From Eledone cirrhosa (taxonomy: Eukaryota): 64,000 nucleotides of DNA. The stretch covers positions 4,092,001 through 4,156,000 of the forward strand of contig OZ024764.1 in assembly GCA_964016885.1 (NCBI GenBank), given 5' to 3'. Shown here piece by piece: positions 36,450-51,394 of the stretch; the stretch's first letter is position 1; each line of letters opens with the position of its first letter. Both the position numbers and the translations under genes were made by a program. The notes under the pieces are model-generated. The model was not told where the DNA came from. It worked only from the letters and a program-made list of their open reading frames with translations, and made no database searches.

Positions 36450-36479
<30 letters not shown>

Positions 36480-36481
<2 letters not shown>

Positions 36482-36683
36482 ACGAAGGAAATGTGGTAAG
36501 GAACCAGGTGGACCATAACGCACCAAAGTACTCAATACTTAGGGTAGTAGAGTGGGTAATAGGAACGAATAGGACCCCGACGGCTGAGCTTAAGCCGTTT
36601 GGACGGCTAATTCTGGACTAAAATGTTAGTCCAGAATTAGCCGTCGAAACAGCTTGAGCTCAGCCGTCGGGGTCCTACTCGTT

Positions 36684-36688
<5 letters not shown>
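36480..36688. mobile_element. TA-embedded hairpin element (family of 11480-11672); partial copy at 35988-36097
   Basis: Same leader sequence and inverted arms. Confidence 0.78.
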
Positions 36689-36732
<44 letters not shown>

Positions 36733-36734
<2 letters not shown>

Positions 36735-37891
36735 TGGTCACGTGATGCGCATGAAAGACGACAGCTGTATAAAAAAGTGCAGGGCAATAAAAATAGATGG
36801 TAGCCACGGAGTAGGCAGACCCAGAAAAAGCTGGGACGACTTGATAAATTCCGACCTCACACACTTACACCTCTCCAAGACAATGTCACTGGACCGAGAT
36901 CTTTAGCGGTACTCAGTAATAGAGAAGACCCGCCTTACCTAAGTACAGAGTGAAAACTACTACAGTCAGTAGGCACCTCTAACAAAATACACCCCCGTCC
37001 CACTACCCCCACCCCATCCACACCGCCCCTTTCTCTGTAAAGTTATGTTGGTGCCACAGCATCCAGTCCGAAACAAATGAGGTCGTGTAGGTGTCACGAC
37101 AAAAAAACACAAACTCCACGCTGTAATGTGGTCGTGTAGGTAACACGGTAAAAACCTCCCAGCCCCACACTGTAAACGTGGTTGGTGTTAGGAAGGGCAT
37201 CCAGCTGTAGAAAACCCGCCAGACAGTCCACGCTGTAATGTGGCCGTGTAGGTAACACGGTAAAAACCTCCCAGTCCCACACTGTAAACGTGGTTGGTGT
37301 TAGGAAGGGCATCCAGCTGTAGAAAACCCGCCAGACAGTCCATGCTGTAATGTGGCCGTGTAGGCAACACGGTAAAAACCTCCCAGTCCCACACTGTAAA
37401 TGTGGTTGGTGTTAGGAAGGGCATCCAGCTGTAGAAAACCCGCCAGACAGTCCATGCTGTAATGTGGCCGTGTAGGCAACACGGTAAAAACCTCCCAGTC
37501 CCACACTGTAAATGTGGTTGGTGTTAGGAAGGGCATCCAGCTGTAGAAAACCCGCCAGACAGTCCATGCTGTAATGTGGCCGTGTAGGCAACACGGTAAA
37601 AACCTCCCAGCCCCACACTGTAAATGTGGTTGGTGTTAGGAAGGGATCCAGCTGTAGAAAACCCGCCAGACAGTCCACGCTGTAATGTGGCCATGTAGGT
37701 AACACAGTAAAAACCTCCCAGCCCCACACTGTAAACGTGGTTGGTGTTAAGAAGGGCATCCAGCCGTAGAAAACCCGCCAGACAGTCCTATGCGAGCAAG
37801 ACAACCACTCTTGCCTCAAGTGGGAAAACTCCCGTCCAAACCCATGCGAGCGTGGAAGATGGACGTTAAACGATGATGATGATGATGATGA
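36733..37891 (+). mobile_element. RTE-like LINE 3' end with a 112-bp tandem expansion (~6 copies, 37115-37790) in its 3' UTR
   Basis: 'YGHVMRMKDDSCIKKCRAIKIDGSHGVGRPRKSWDD' followed by the UTR and a (GAT)n tail. Confidence 0.8.
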
Positions 37892-39045
37892 TATATATAC
37901 ATGTATAGATATATACACACACTCACATGTGTGTATATGTGAGTGTGTGTATGTGTATTTTCTTGGGCCAACCCATGCTGGCATTGGAATAAAAGTACAT
38001 TGGATGATGATGATGATGACCACTCTCTCCCCCTCTCTCACTCTCTCTCTCCCTCCCTTCTCTCTCACACACTCTCTCACTTTCTTTTGTCTCTCTCTCT
38101 TTCTCTCTCTGACACACACACACTCTCTCTCTCTCCCTCTGTCTCTCACACACACACACACTCTCTCTCTCTCTTGTCTCTTTCACACACTCTCTCTCCC
38201 TCTCTCTCTTCCTCACACTCTCTCTTCCTCTCTCTCTCTCTCACTCTCTCTCTCTCAAATCTCTCTCACACACTCTCTCTCCCTCTGTCTCTTTCTCACT
38301 CTCTCTTTCACCCTCTCTCTCTCACTCTCTTTTGTCTCCCTCACTCCCTGACACACACTCTCTCTCTCTCTCAAGTCTCTCACACACTCTCTCTCCCTCT
38401 GTCTCTCTCCCACACAATCTCTCCTGCTGCCCCCCCCCCCCCTCTCTCCATACAACACACCTATTGTCCATCACAGACAACTCAAGGAAACAGATTAACT
38501 TATAAGGTGCCTCTGTCTCTACAATCACACATTTTATCTCCCCTTCCCAGTTGTATATATGTGTGTGTGTGTGTGTATATATACATGTGTGTGTGTGTGT
38601 GTATATATACATGTGTGTGTGTGTGTATATACATGTGTGTGTGTGTGTGTGTGTGTGTATACATGTGTGTGTATATATATATATACATGTGTGTGTATAT
38701 ATATGTGTGTGTATATATATATGTATATATATATATATGTGTGTGTGTGTATACATATACATGTGTGTATATATATATACATGTGTGTGTATATATATGT
38801 ATATATATGTGTGTGTGTATATATATATATATGTGTGTGTGTATATATATATATGTGTGTGTGTGTGTATATATATATAGATGTGTGTATATATATATAT
38901 GTGTATGTGTGTATATATATATAGATGTGTGTGTGTATATATATATGTGTGTGTGTGTGTATATATATATATGTGTGTGTGCATGTATATATGTATATAT
39001 ATATGTGTGTGTGTGTATGTATATATAATACTTATATATATTCAT

Positions 39046-39082
<37 letters not shown>

Positions 39083-39084
39083 AG

Positions 39085-39133
<49 letters not shown>

Positions 39134-39144
39134 GTATATATATG

Positions 39145-39251
<107 letters not shown>

Positions 39252-39741
39252 GTACCTATATGTATATATATTATATATATTATATATATCTATAATATAT
39301 ATAATATATATATATATTATAAATAATTATAGACATTAAACGATGATGATGCTGATGATGATGACTATAACTACAGAGAGGGTGTGGACACAAATGAATG
39401 ATAAGAACAATCAGCAGTTAATAGAGAGGTTAAATATATTTATTAACAGTTTGTCATTGTTCGTGCTTTATCACAGGTTTCGTGAGACATTGAGGAATAT
39501 GTGACACTCCTTCAAACACATACATGGTATGGACCTATAACCCCCCCCCCCCCCCCCAAACACACACAGATACAGACAGATATACACATACACACAAACA
39601 CATATTATTTGATGTTACAGGTTTTATTTGCAGTTGTATGAAAAATATAATAATAAAATGGTTACAACGAAAACACAAACAAATATATATTTATACAAAG
39701 GAAAGAGAAAGGAAAAAAAAAGAAAGGAAAAACAGAAGCAG

Positions 39742-40632
39742 TTAATACACACATCTAGGACCACATACAACACACAAGCAGGTAATACATACATCTAGGA
39801 CTACATACAACACACAAGCAGGTAATACATACATCTAGGACCACATACAACACACAAGCAGGTAATACATACATCTAGGACCACATACAACACACAAGCA
39901 GGTAATACACACATCTAGGACCACATACAACATACAAGCAGGTAATACATACATCTAGGACTACATACAACACACAAGCAGGTAATACACACATCTAGGA
40001 CTACATACAACACAGAAGCAGGTAATACATACATCTAGGACCATATACAACACACAAGCAGGTAATACACACATCTAGGACTACATACAACACACAAGCA
40101 GGTAATACACACACCTAGGACCACATACAACACACAAGCAGGTAATTCACACATCTAGGACCACATACAACACACAAGCAAGTAATACATACATCTAGGA
40201 CTACACACAACACACAAGCAGGTAATACACACATCTAGGACTGCATACAACACACAAGCAGGTAATACATACATCTAGGACCACATACAACACACAATCA
40301 GGTAATACATACATCTAGGACCACATACAACACACAAGCAGGTAATACATACATCTAGGACCACATACAACACTCAATCAGGTAATACATACATGTAGGA
40401 CCACATACAACACACAATCAGGTAATACATACATCTAGGACCACATACAACACACAAGCAGGTAATACACACATCTAGGACCACATACAACACACAAGCA
40501 GGTAATACATACATCTAGGACTACAAACAACACACAATCAGGTAATACATACATCTAGGACCACATACAACACACAAGCAAGTAATACACACATCTAGGA
40601 CTACATACAACACACAAGCAAGTAATACATAC
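39742..40632. repeat. 40-bp minisatellite, ~22 copies
   Basis: Unit taatacatacatctaggaccacatacaacacacaagcagg. Confidence 0.95.
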
Positions 40633-40634
40633 AT

Positions 40635-42085
40635 TGATTGTCATCCATGCGCATCACATGTCCAAACCAATTGAGTCTTCTCACCTGCACACCATCTTCG
40701 ATTCCACTTAAACCCACTTTTTCCCTCTGCTCATCCAAGCTCTGCCTTTCTCTCACATTGACATTGCACATCCAACAAAGTGTAGCTGCTTCATTTCTCC
40801 CCAGTCTGCACATGCCTACTGCAATCACTGCCTATGTTCTACTAGTATGTAGCACCACATGCCTACTGCAATCACTGCCTATGTCTTACTAGTATTAGCA
40901 CCACATGCCTACTGCAATCACTGCCTATGTTTTACTAGTATTAGCACCACATGCCTACTGCAATCACTGCCTATGTTTTACTAGTATTAGCACCACATGC
41001 CTACTGCAATCACTGCTTATGTTCTACTAGTATGTAGCACCACATGCCTACTGCAATCACTGCTTATGTTCTACTAGTATTAGCACCACATGCCTACTGC
41101 AATCACTGCCTATGTCTTACTAGTATGTAGCACCACATGCCTACTGCAATCACTGCCTATGTTCTACTAGTATGTAGCACCACATGCCTACTGCAATCAC
41201 TGCCTATGTCTTACTAGTATTAGCACCACATGCCTACTGCAATCACTGCCTATGTCTTACTAGTATGTAGCACCACATGCCTACTGCAATCACTGCCTAT
41301 GTTTTACTAGTATTAGCACCACATGCCTACTGCAATCACTGCCTATGTCTTACTAGTATTAGCACCACATGCCTACTGCAATCACTGCCTATGTCTTACT
41401 AGTATTAGCACCACATGCCTACTGCAATCACTGCCTATGTCTTACTAGTATTAGCACCACATGCCTACTGCAATCACTGCCTATGTTTTACTAGTATTAG
41501 CACCACATGCCTACTGCAATCACTGCCTATGTCTTACTAGTATTAGCACCACATGCCTACTGCAATCACTGCCTATGTTTTACTAGTATGTAGCACCACA
41601 TGCCTACTGCAATCACTGCCTATGTCTTACTAGTATGTAGCACCACATGCCTACTGCAATCACTGCCTATGTTTTACTAGTATTAGCACCACATGCCTAC
41701 TGCAATCACTGCCTATGTTTTACTAGTATTAGCACCACATGCCTACTGCAATCACTGCCTATGTCTTACTAGTATTAGCACCACATGCCTACTGCAATCA
41801 CTGCCTATGTTTTACTAGTATTAGCACCACATGCCTACTGCAATCACTGCCTATGTTCTACTAGTATGTAGCACCACATGCCTACTGCAATCACTGCCTA
41901 TGTCTTACTAGTATTAGCACCACATGCCTACTGCAATCACTGCCTATGTCTTACTAGTATTAGCACCACATGCCTACTGCAATCACTGCCTATGTTTTAC
42001 TACCATGCAGCATCACACTTCACACACAAGTGTCATACAGTTCTTTTGTACATAAGGAGAAACAGTGGGAGTAGCTCTCTAAACT
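40635..42085 (-). mobile_element. RTE-like LINE fragment interrupted by a 47/48-bp array (40810-42000) amplified from its own ORF
   Basis: 'LGRNEAATLCWMCNV...VRRLNWFGHVMRMDD'; the array unit encodes the adjacent 'LHGSKT*AVIAVGM' segment. Confidence 0.8.
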
Positions 42086-42135
42086 ATAGGCGCTGTATTG
42101 ATATATGGTGTTTCTTGGGCATTTTAACCCTTTAG

Positions 42136-42741
42136 CATTTACATTACTCTATATATACTATTGTATTGTCACGGTAAAGGCTTTACCTCACATAATATCT
42201 CACATAACATCTACATTACTCTATATATACTATTGTATTGTCACAGTAAAGGCTTTACCTCACATAATATCTCACATAACATTTACATTACTCTATATAT
42301 ACTATTGTATTGTCACAGTAAAGGCTTTACCTCACATAATATCTCACATAACATTTACATTACTCTATATATACTATTGTATTTTCACAGTAAAGGCTTT
42401 ACCTCACATAATATCTCACATAACATTTACATTACTCTATATATACTATTGTATTGTCACAGTAAATGCTTTACCTCACATAATATCTCACATAACATTT
42501 ACATTACTCTATATATACTATTGTATTTTCACAGTAAAGGCTTTACCTCACATAATATCTCACATAACATTTACATTACTCTGTATATACTATTGTATTT
42601 TCACAGTAAAGGCTTTACCTCACATAATATCTCACATAACATTTACATTGCTCTATATATACTATTGTATTGTCACAGTAAAGGCTTTACCTCACATAAT
42701 ATCTCACATAACATTTACATTACTCTATATATACTATTGTA
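42136..42741. repeat. 72-bp satellite, opposite orientation to the 14.4-kb array
   Basis: Reverse complement of the 14402 unit. Confidence 0.95.
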
Positions 42742-43024
42742 TGTTGATGCCCTAAGGACAGACACTGGTCTGTTGGAGACGCAGGACATGGCAGCGATAA
42801 TGAGGGACAGAGACCGCTGGAGAGAACTCGTCCATGGATCTCGGGAATTTTACCCGCCTTAGAATACATACATATATACATACACATACATACACATACA
42901 TATATATACATACATATAACCCATGCTAGCGTGGAAAATGGACGTAAAACAAAGATGATGATACATATATACATATATACATATATATATACATACACAT
43001 ACATACACATACATATATACATAC

Positions 43025-43860
43025 AGTTGTTAGCTGTTGAGACACTGCATCCTTTAAAACCTCCATAGAACAAACTCCCTGCATCAGTTGTTAGCTGTCA
43101 AGACACTGCATCCTTTAAAACCTCCATGGAACAAACTACCTGCATCAGTTGTTAGCTGTCGAGACACTGCATCCTTTAAAACCTCCATGGAACAAACTCC
43201 CTGCATCAGTTGTTAGCTGTCAAGACACTGCATCCTTTAAAACCTCCATGGAACAAACTCCCTGCATCAGTTGTTAGCTGCCGAGACACTGCATCCTTTA
43301 AAACCTCCATGGAACAAACTCCCTGCATCAGTTGTTAGCTGTCGAGACACTGCATCCTTTAAGACCTCCATGGAACAAACTCCCTGCATCAGTTGTTAGC
43401 TGTCGAGACACTGCATCCTTTAAAACCTCCATAGAACAAACTACCAGCATCAGTTGTTAGCTGTCGAGACACTGCATCCTTTAAAACCTCCATGGAACAA
43501 ACTACCTGCATCAGTTGTTAGCTGTCGAGGCACTGCATCCTTTAAAACCTCCATGGAACAAACTACCTGCATCAGTTGTTAGCTGTCGAGACACTGCATC
43601 CTTTAAAACCTCCATGGAACAAACTACCTGCATCAGTTGTTAGCTGTCGAGGCACTGCATCCTTTAAAACCTCCATGCTTCCTGAAATTCTCCAACACTA
43701 CACCTGATATTCTTCCACACACACACACATGTATATCATGACTCATACACTGTTCACTTCCCTGACATTTGTACATTATTCTATGTACTATACATGTACC
43801 TTTGATGAGTTGTAGTGCACCTGAGCACTGTACACAATAATTTCATTATTATTATTATTA
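43025..43860 (+). mobile_element. CR1/L2-type LINE 3' end with a 61-bp tandem array (43025-43678)
   Basis: The unit encodes 'WNKLPASVVSCRDTASFKTSM', continuing to 'LPEILQHYT*', a 3' UTR and an (ATT)n tail. Confidence 0.78.
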
Positions 43861-44421
43861 TGATACACATACATATGTACATACATACACATACATACAC
43901 ATATATACATACATACACATACATATGTACATACATACACATACATATGTACATACATACACATACATATACATAAACATACATACATATACATACACAT
44001 ACATATGTACATACATACACATGTACATATGTACATATACACACATACATATGTACATATACACACATACATATGTACATACATACACATACATATACAT
44101 ACACATACATACACATACATATGTACATACATACACATACATATACATACACATACATACCCATACATATGTATATACATACACATACATATGTATATAC
44201 ATACATACATATACATACACACACATACATGTGTACACACATACACATACATACACACACATATATACATACATACACATATATATATACATACACATAC
44301 ATACATATATTTACATTAAATAGATTAGGAGGGAATGGAAGAGTTCAGATGTCAAGAGTAACTCAGTGCAATATATATATATATGTATATATGTGTATAT
44401 ATATGTATATATATATATGTG

Positions 44422-44455
<34 letters not shown>

Positions 44456-44745
44456 TAAACATGGTTAACTTAGGCCAAAATATCAATTAGGGGGTATATA
44501 TGTGATTATATGAGTGCATGTGTGCATACATATAAATATTATATATATACATGTGTATATATATATATATATATAAATATATACATACATATATATATAT
44601 ATACATATATATATATACATATATATATATACATGTGTATATATATATATGTATATATATATATGTATATATATATGTATGTATATATTTATATATATAT
44701 ATATATACATGTATGTATATATTTGTTTATATATTTATATATATG

Positions 44746-44790
<45 letters not shown>

Positions 44791-44891
44791 GTATATATAT
44801 ATTTGTGTATAAATATATATGTAAATATTTATATATATATATATATATGCATGTATATATTTGTATATATATATGCATACATATATGTATT

Positions 44892-44950
<59 letters not shown>

Positions 44951-45130
44951 ATAATTATTAATATAAATATACATACATGTATACAGACACATACATATAT
45001 ATACATATATATATACATACATATATATATATATATATATACATACATATATATATATATATACATATATATATTCTGGTTGTTTTGATTAAGTCTAATT
45101 AACATTTATCACAGTCCTATATCTTTACAT

Positions 45131-45192
<62 letters not shown>

Positions 45193-45426
45193 TATACACA
45201 CATATATATACATATATATATATGTATATACCAAATACCAAGAGTCTGGGAACAGTGAACCCTCAGTTTATTTTTGCAGATAATCTACATAATGGCTGCA
45301 TGCCGTCCCGCTATGACGTCAGTGTTTTAAGTACAATAATATAGACGTTGCTGTTGTTATTTGGGACGGAGACTCGGACAAGACTGGACTACTACAGCTT
45401 CGGTGAAGAAAACTGGGGCTTTTGTA

Positions 45427-45935
45427 GTTCAAAGTGAGCTCCTGTGTGTGTGATTTCAAAGTGAGCTCCTGTGTGTGTGATTTCAAAGTGAGCTCCTGTG
45501 TGTGTGATTTCAAAGTGAGCTCCTGTGTGTGAGATTTCAAAGTGAGCTCCTGTGCGTGTGATTTCAAAGTGAGCTCCTGTGTGTGTGATTTCAAAGTGAG
45601 CTCCTGTGTGTGTGTGATTTCAAAGTGAGCTCCTGTGTGTGATTTCAAAGTGAGCTCTTGTGTGTGATTTCAAAGTGAGCTCCTGTGTGTGTGATTTCAA
45701 AGTGTGCTCCTGTGTGTGTGATTTCAAAGTGAGCTCCTGTGTGTGATTTCAAAGTGAGCTCTTGTGTGTGATTTCAAAGTGAGCTCCTGTGTGTGTGATT
45801 TCAAAGTGTGCTCCTGTGTGTGTGATTTCAAAGTGAGCTCCTGTGTGTGTGATTTCAAAGTGAGCTCCTGTGTGTGTGATTTCAAAGTGTGCTCCTGTGT
45901 GTGTGATTTCAAAGTGAGCTCCTGTGTGTGAATTC
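45427..45935. repeat. 25-29-bp minisatellite
   Basis: Unit tttcaaagtgagctcctgtgtgtgtga. Confidence 0.93.
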
Positions 45936-46062
45936 CAAGTGAGTTCATGTGAATTCAAAGTTTGATGGGATTAACTCTCTAGCATTTAAACCAGATCCAG
46001 TCAGAAATCTCTCACTTCTTTCTGTTCAAACTGGCTTAACTGTCTGCTTATACACATATCTA

Positions 46063-47427
46063 ACATAACATTTACATTACTCTGTATATACTATTGTATT
46101 TTCACAGTAAAGGCTTTACCTCACATAATATCTCATAACATTTACATTACTCTATATATACTATTGTATTTTCACAGTAAAGGCTTTACCTCACATAATA
46201 TCTCACATAACATTTACATTACTCTATATATACTATTGTATTGTCACAGTAAAGGCTTTACCTCACATAATATCTCACATAACATTTACATTACTCTATA
46301 TATACTATTGTATTTTCACAGTAAAGGCTTTACCTCACATAATATCGCACATAACATTTACATTACTCTATATATACTATTGTATTTTCACAGTAAAGGC
46401 TTTACCTCACATAATATCTCACATAACATTTACATTACTCTATATATAACAAAGTGCAGGGCAATAAAGATAGACGGTAGCCACGGAATAGGCAGACCCA
46501 GAAAAACTTGGGACGAGCTGATAAATTCCGACCTCACACACTTACACCTCTCCAAGACAATGTCACTGGACCGAGACCTTTGGCGGTACTCAGTAATAGA
46601 GAAGACCCGCCTTACCTAAATACAAAGTAAAACCTACTACAGTCAGTAGGCATCTCTAACAAAATACACCCCCGTCCCACCACCCCACCCCATCCACACC
46701 GCCCCTTTCAATGTAAAGTTATGTTGGTGCCACAACATCCAGGCCGAAACAAATGAGATCGTGTAGGTGTCACGACAAAGAAAAACACGCAGTCCACGCT
46801 GTAATGTGGCCGTATAGGCAACCCGGTAAAAACCTCCCAGCCCCACACTGTAAATGTGGTTGGTGTTAGGAAGGGCATCCAGCTGTAGAAAACCCGCCAG
46901 ACAGTCCTATGCGAGCAAGACAATCACTCTTGCCTCAAGTGGGAAAACCCCCGTCCAAACCCATGCAAGCGTGGAACATGGACGTTAAACGATGATGATG
47001 ATGATGATGATGATACTATTGTATTGTCACAGTAAAGGCTTTACCTCACATAATATCTCATATAACATTTACATTACTCTATATATACTATTGCATTTTC
47101 ACAGTAAAGGCTTTACCTCACATAATATCTCACATAACATTTACATTACTCTATATATACTATTGTATTGTCACAGTAAAGGCTTTACCTCACATAATAT
47201 CTCACATAACATTTACATTACTCTATATATACTATTGTATTCTCACAGTAAAGGCTTTACCTCACATAATATCTCACATAACATTTACATTACTCTATAT
47301 ATACTATTGTATTGTCACAGTAAAGGTTTTACCTCACATAATATCTCATAACATTTACATTACTCTATATATACTATTGTATTTTCACAGTAAAGGTTTT
47401 ACCTCACATAATATCTCACATAACATA
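46063..47427. repeat. 72-bp satellite interrupted by an RTE-like LINE 3' fragment (46450-47013, +)
   Basis: The satellite lies on both sides; the insert encodes 'KCRAIKIDGSHGIGRPRKTWDE' and ends in (GAT)n. Confidence 0.88.
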
Positions 47428-47809
47428 TATATTTCTCTATACACCCTATTGTATTGTATTTTTTTGCAAATACCATGTGCTTCTGCCATCGCTCTCAGTT
47501 CTGTATTTAAAAGATGCGTGTGAAGGAAAATATAATTTTTGATAGGTATCTATATTTGAAATTTTCATTAAGTTTTAATATGATGCCATAATAAACTGTG
47601 TTTTTACATTCTATACAAAGTGTCTCCTGTCAAAGTTTGGTATATTCTATTGTAAATTCATATCAGTAGATATATACGCATGTATATATGTCTTTCACTA
47701 TTTTGTAATGATTAAATTCTTGGATTTATTCTTTCAACTTCTCTTTGAGCTTATTTTGGGAGATAAGAGGCATGTTTGAGATTATATCTCAAACATGACT
47801 TCTATAACT

Positions 47810-47901
<92 letters not shown>

Positions 47902-47946
47902 ATGTATATATATATGTATATATATATATGTATATATATATATATG

Positions 47947-47995
<49 letters not shown>

Positions 47996-48104
47996 GTATA
48001 TATATATGTATATATATGTATCTATATATGTATATATATGTATATATATATGTATATATATATATATGTATATATATATGTATATATATATGTATATATA
48101 TATG

Positions 48105-48155
<51 letters not shown>

Positions 48156-48488
48156 GTATATATATATATGTATATATATATATATGTATATATATATATG
48201 TATATATATATGTATATATATATGTATATATATATGTATATATATGTATATATATATGTATATATATATATGTATATATATATATATGTATATATATGTA
48301 TATATATATGTATATATATATGTATATATATGTATATATATATGTATATATATATATGTATATATATATATGTATATATATATATGTATATATATATATA
48401 TGTATATATATATATGTATATATATATGTATATATATGTATATATATATATGTATATATATGTATATATATATGTATATATATATATG

Positions 48489-48537
<49 letters not shown>

Positions 48538-48576
48538 GTATATATATATGTATGTATATATGTATATATATATATG

Positions 48577-48627
<51 letters not shown>

Positions 48628-48809
48628 TGTAGGCAAACTAAATATAATAATTCAAAATTCTGATGTTGTTTTGTCTGATATTTAATATTTGTATATATAT
48701 ATATATATATATATATAGATATATATAGATATAGATATATATATATATAGATATATATATAGATATATATAGATATAGATATATAGATATATATGACGGC
48801 GATGAATTT

Positions 48810-48945
48810 GTTTTGCAAGACATGATGGTAATATAGACGACATAGAAATTAAAATAATATCTAAACATAGAAATGACTCAATCAGAGAAGCAGCTGAGAT
48901 AGAGTTAAGAAAACCGAATTTGAACAGAAGAAATGAATGGAATAA
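48810..48945 (+). pseudogene. Possible C-terminal remnant of a Penelope-type GIY-YIG endonuclease
   Basis: '[34 protein letters not shown]' resembles the E...I...P.LN end of PLE GIY-YIG domains. Confidence 0.45.
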
Positions 48946-49000
48946 CAACAACAACAACAACAACCATATCCAAATAAAAAATAGTGACCTAAGATAAATA

Positions 49001-49803
49001 TCTGTATATATATAAAATTAAGTAAGTCTGTGTGTCTGTGTATTACCTATAGGGGCCTACATCTTACGACCGATTTTCATGAAACTTTACAGGCTCATAT
49101 ATTAGTCATCGGGGAGTGTTTTCTATATATCAGCGTATCGTTTTTTTATTCCGGGGTCATTCTGCAGATAAAAATCGATAGGGGGGGTCACCTTTTTTTA
49201 GGTATCAAAAAATAAGATTTTTGGCTCTAGCTCCCACATTTTGTCACTGATTTCGTTCAAATTTTAAAGCAAAATAGAATTTATCATTGCACATCCTGTA
49301 ATGGCTTTATATTTTGTATTTGTTGTTCAGGGACGGCGTGGCAGCCGCTTAAATATTCAAAAATACCACTTTAGACTCAAATTAACACTTTTTCGGCTCT
49401 AGCTCCCACATTAATCAACCTGCTTTGTTCAAATTTTACACTACGCCAGATCTGATTATTTCATGTCTTAAAGTGGCTTTACATTTTGGATCTTTTGTTC
49501 AGGAACAGCGTGGCAGCCGCTTAAATATTCGAAAATACCACCTTTTCGCTCAAATTTACGCCTTTTCGGCTCTAGCTCCGACATTTTTCAACCGATTTTG
49601 TTCAAATTCGAAACTCCCTCCCCCAGCATGCCTCTTCGTCAGTCACCCATGTTGCCCAGTAATAGAGGTCATCGCCACTCTCCCCCGCATGGCCTGTGTG
49701 TGGCCATAGAAGAGTCATCAAGTAGCAGTCTCTAAGATGAACACTTTTTCATCAAAACAGATATTATTTTACCTACCCAGGCAATGCTGGGTACTGCTGC
49801 TAG
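49001..49803 (+). mobile_element. Non-autonomous Helitron
   Basis: A|TCTGTATATATATAAAA start; 3' hairpin acccaggcaatgctgggt then CTAG|T; internal ~170-bp subrepeats. Confidence 0.8.
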
Positions 49804-50230
49804 TAAATAAATAAATATATACATAAGTACAATAACAACAACCACACATAAACACACACTAGTGAACAAAGATAGAATACAAACACACACACGGACTCAC
49901 ACATGAACACACACACACACCTAACAGAAAACACACATGCAAACACATGCTCAGAGACACAGAGAAGAAAAGAAAAATTGGTGTAGGCATTACAATACAA
50001 CGGGAAGAAACATAATAGTACCACTGATGATGTCACAGATGTGTGACAAAAGAACTTTGATAGACTATATATATATAATTATATCTGTAGTTTTAATCGT
50101 TGGTCAATCAATAATAAATTAACTATGGAGATATAAAAGATACAGAAGCGATAACCAAACTAAACCAGACTAAAGAGTGAGTGTGTTCTGTTATTATTTC
50201 TGGCAATATAACATTATGACCCTCTCCAGG

Positions 50231-50286
<56 letters not shown>

Positions 50287-50524
50287 AGACAGTGACAAAT
50301 GGAGAGATGATGTGCTGAATAGGACCCGTCCCACCCTTGCAAGCAGGGAAAAGCTGATGTAAAATGATGATGATGATATATATATATATATATATATATA
50401 TAGTAATAATAATAAATTTGAAGACTAAAATCCAAAGAGAGCTCAATAGGGATAAATATATATCAAATATTATATAAGAGATTCTTTGCTTAAACTTTAA
50501 TCTATTATTTTAATTAATATATAT

Positions 50525-50920
50525 TTTTTCATTTTACGTCCGCTTTTTTTCATTTTACGTCCGCTTTTTTTCATTTTACGTCCGCTTTTTCATTTTACGT
50601 CCGCTTTTTCCCTGCTTGCAAGGGTGGGACGGGAACTAATGCTGGCTTGATTTCTACAGCTGGATGCCCTTCCTAACACCAACCTCATTTACAGTGAGTG
50701 CTGGGTACTTTTTTTTTTCCGTGGCACCTACACGACCACTTTACAGTGGAATGATAGGGACCGCAGTCCCTATCATCTCATTTCTACAGCTGAGTAAACT
50801 GGAGTAATGTGAAATAAAGTGACTTGCTCAAGGAAACAACACATCACCCGGTCTGAGAATTGAACTCACAACCTTTCGATTGCAAGGCCAATGCTCTACC
50901 CACTAAGCCATGTGCCTCCA
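50525..50920 (-). mobile_element. SINE family B with a tandemly reiterated tail
   Basis: Full head 'ggaggcacatggcttagtgggtagagc' on the minus strand; 'cattttacgtccgcttttt' repeated four times. Confidence 0.87.
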
Positions 50921-51136
50921 TATATATATATATTAGAAAGTGAGGTTTTTTTACAAAATGAAAAACAACCGAGGTGTCCTACATGAGTGAAAGTATAAAG
51001 AAAAAAAGATGAAATCGAAAATGTAACTGGGGTCTTATTTTAAAAAAAATATATATATTTATTTGGTTCCTTTACCGGTTTCGCAGTTCTTCTGCTTTTC
51101 AAAAGTAGAGTTGAGATGGAGGGTCTGGGGATTTTC

Positions 51137-51165
<29 letters not shown>

Positions 51166-51167
<2 letters not shown>

Positions 51168-51384
51168 GAGTGTTTAAAAAATAAAAAAATTTGATGTCAA
51201 TGGCCTGTTCCAAAGGTTGTCACATTGAAATATATATTGTGAATTAATGTTATAACGTGGACATGTTTTGAGGAATAAATCTTGTGTTACTCAACATGGA
51301 GCCTGCTTAGTCTCGTTGTCCTAGACCTTGTAGTTTCTGGGATATTTACATCTCAAATGATATTAAATTTTTTGAAACACCCTG
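51166..51384. mobile_element. Tc1/mariner-type MITE
   Basis: TA|CAGAGTGTTTAAAAAA ... TTTTTTGAAACACCCTG|TA: terminal inverted repeats with a TA target duplication. Confidence 0.75.
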
Positions 51385-51394
51385 TATATCATCA

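Noticed and set aside
39455-39525. Minus-strand TTGAAGGA-stem-GAAA hammerhead-like motif
   Set aside because: Core, stem II and stem III are all imperfect; too degenerate to call.
45314-45321. Perfect CRE palindrome TGACGTCA in a non-repetitive patch
   Set aside because: One 8-mer in 64 kb is expected by chance; no supporting promoter evidence.
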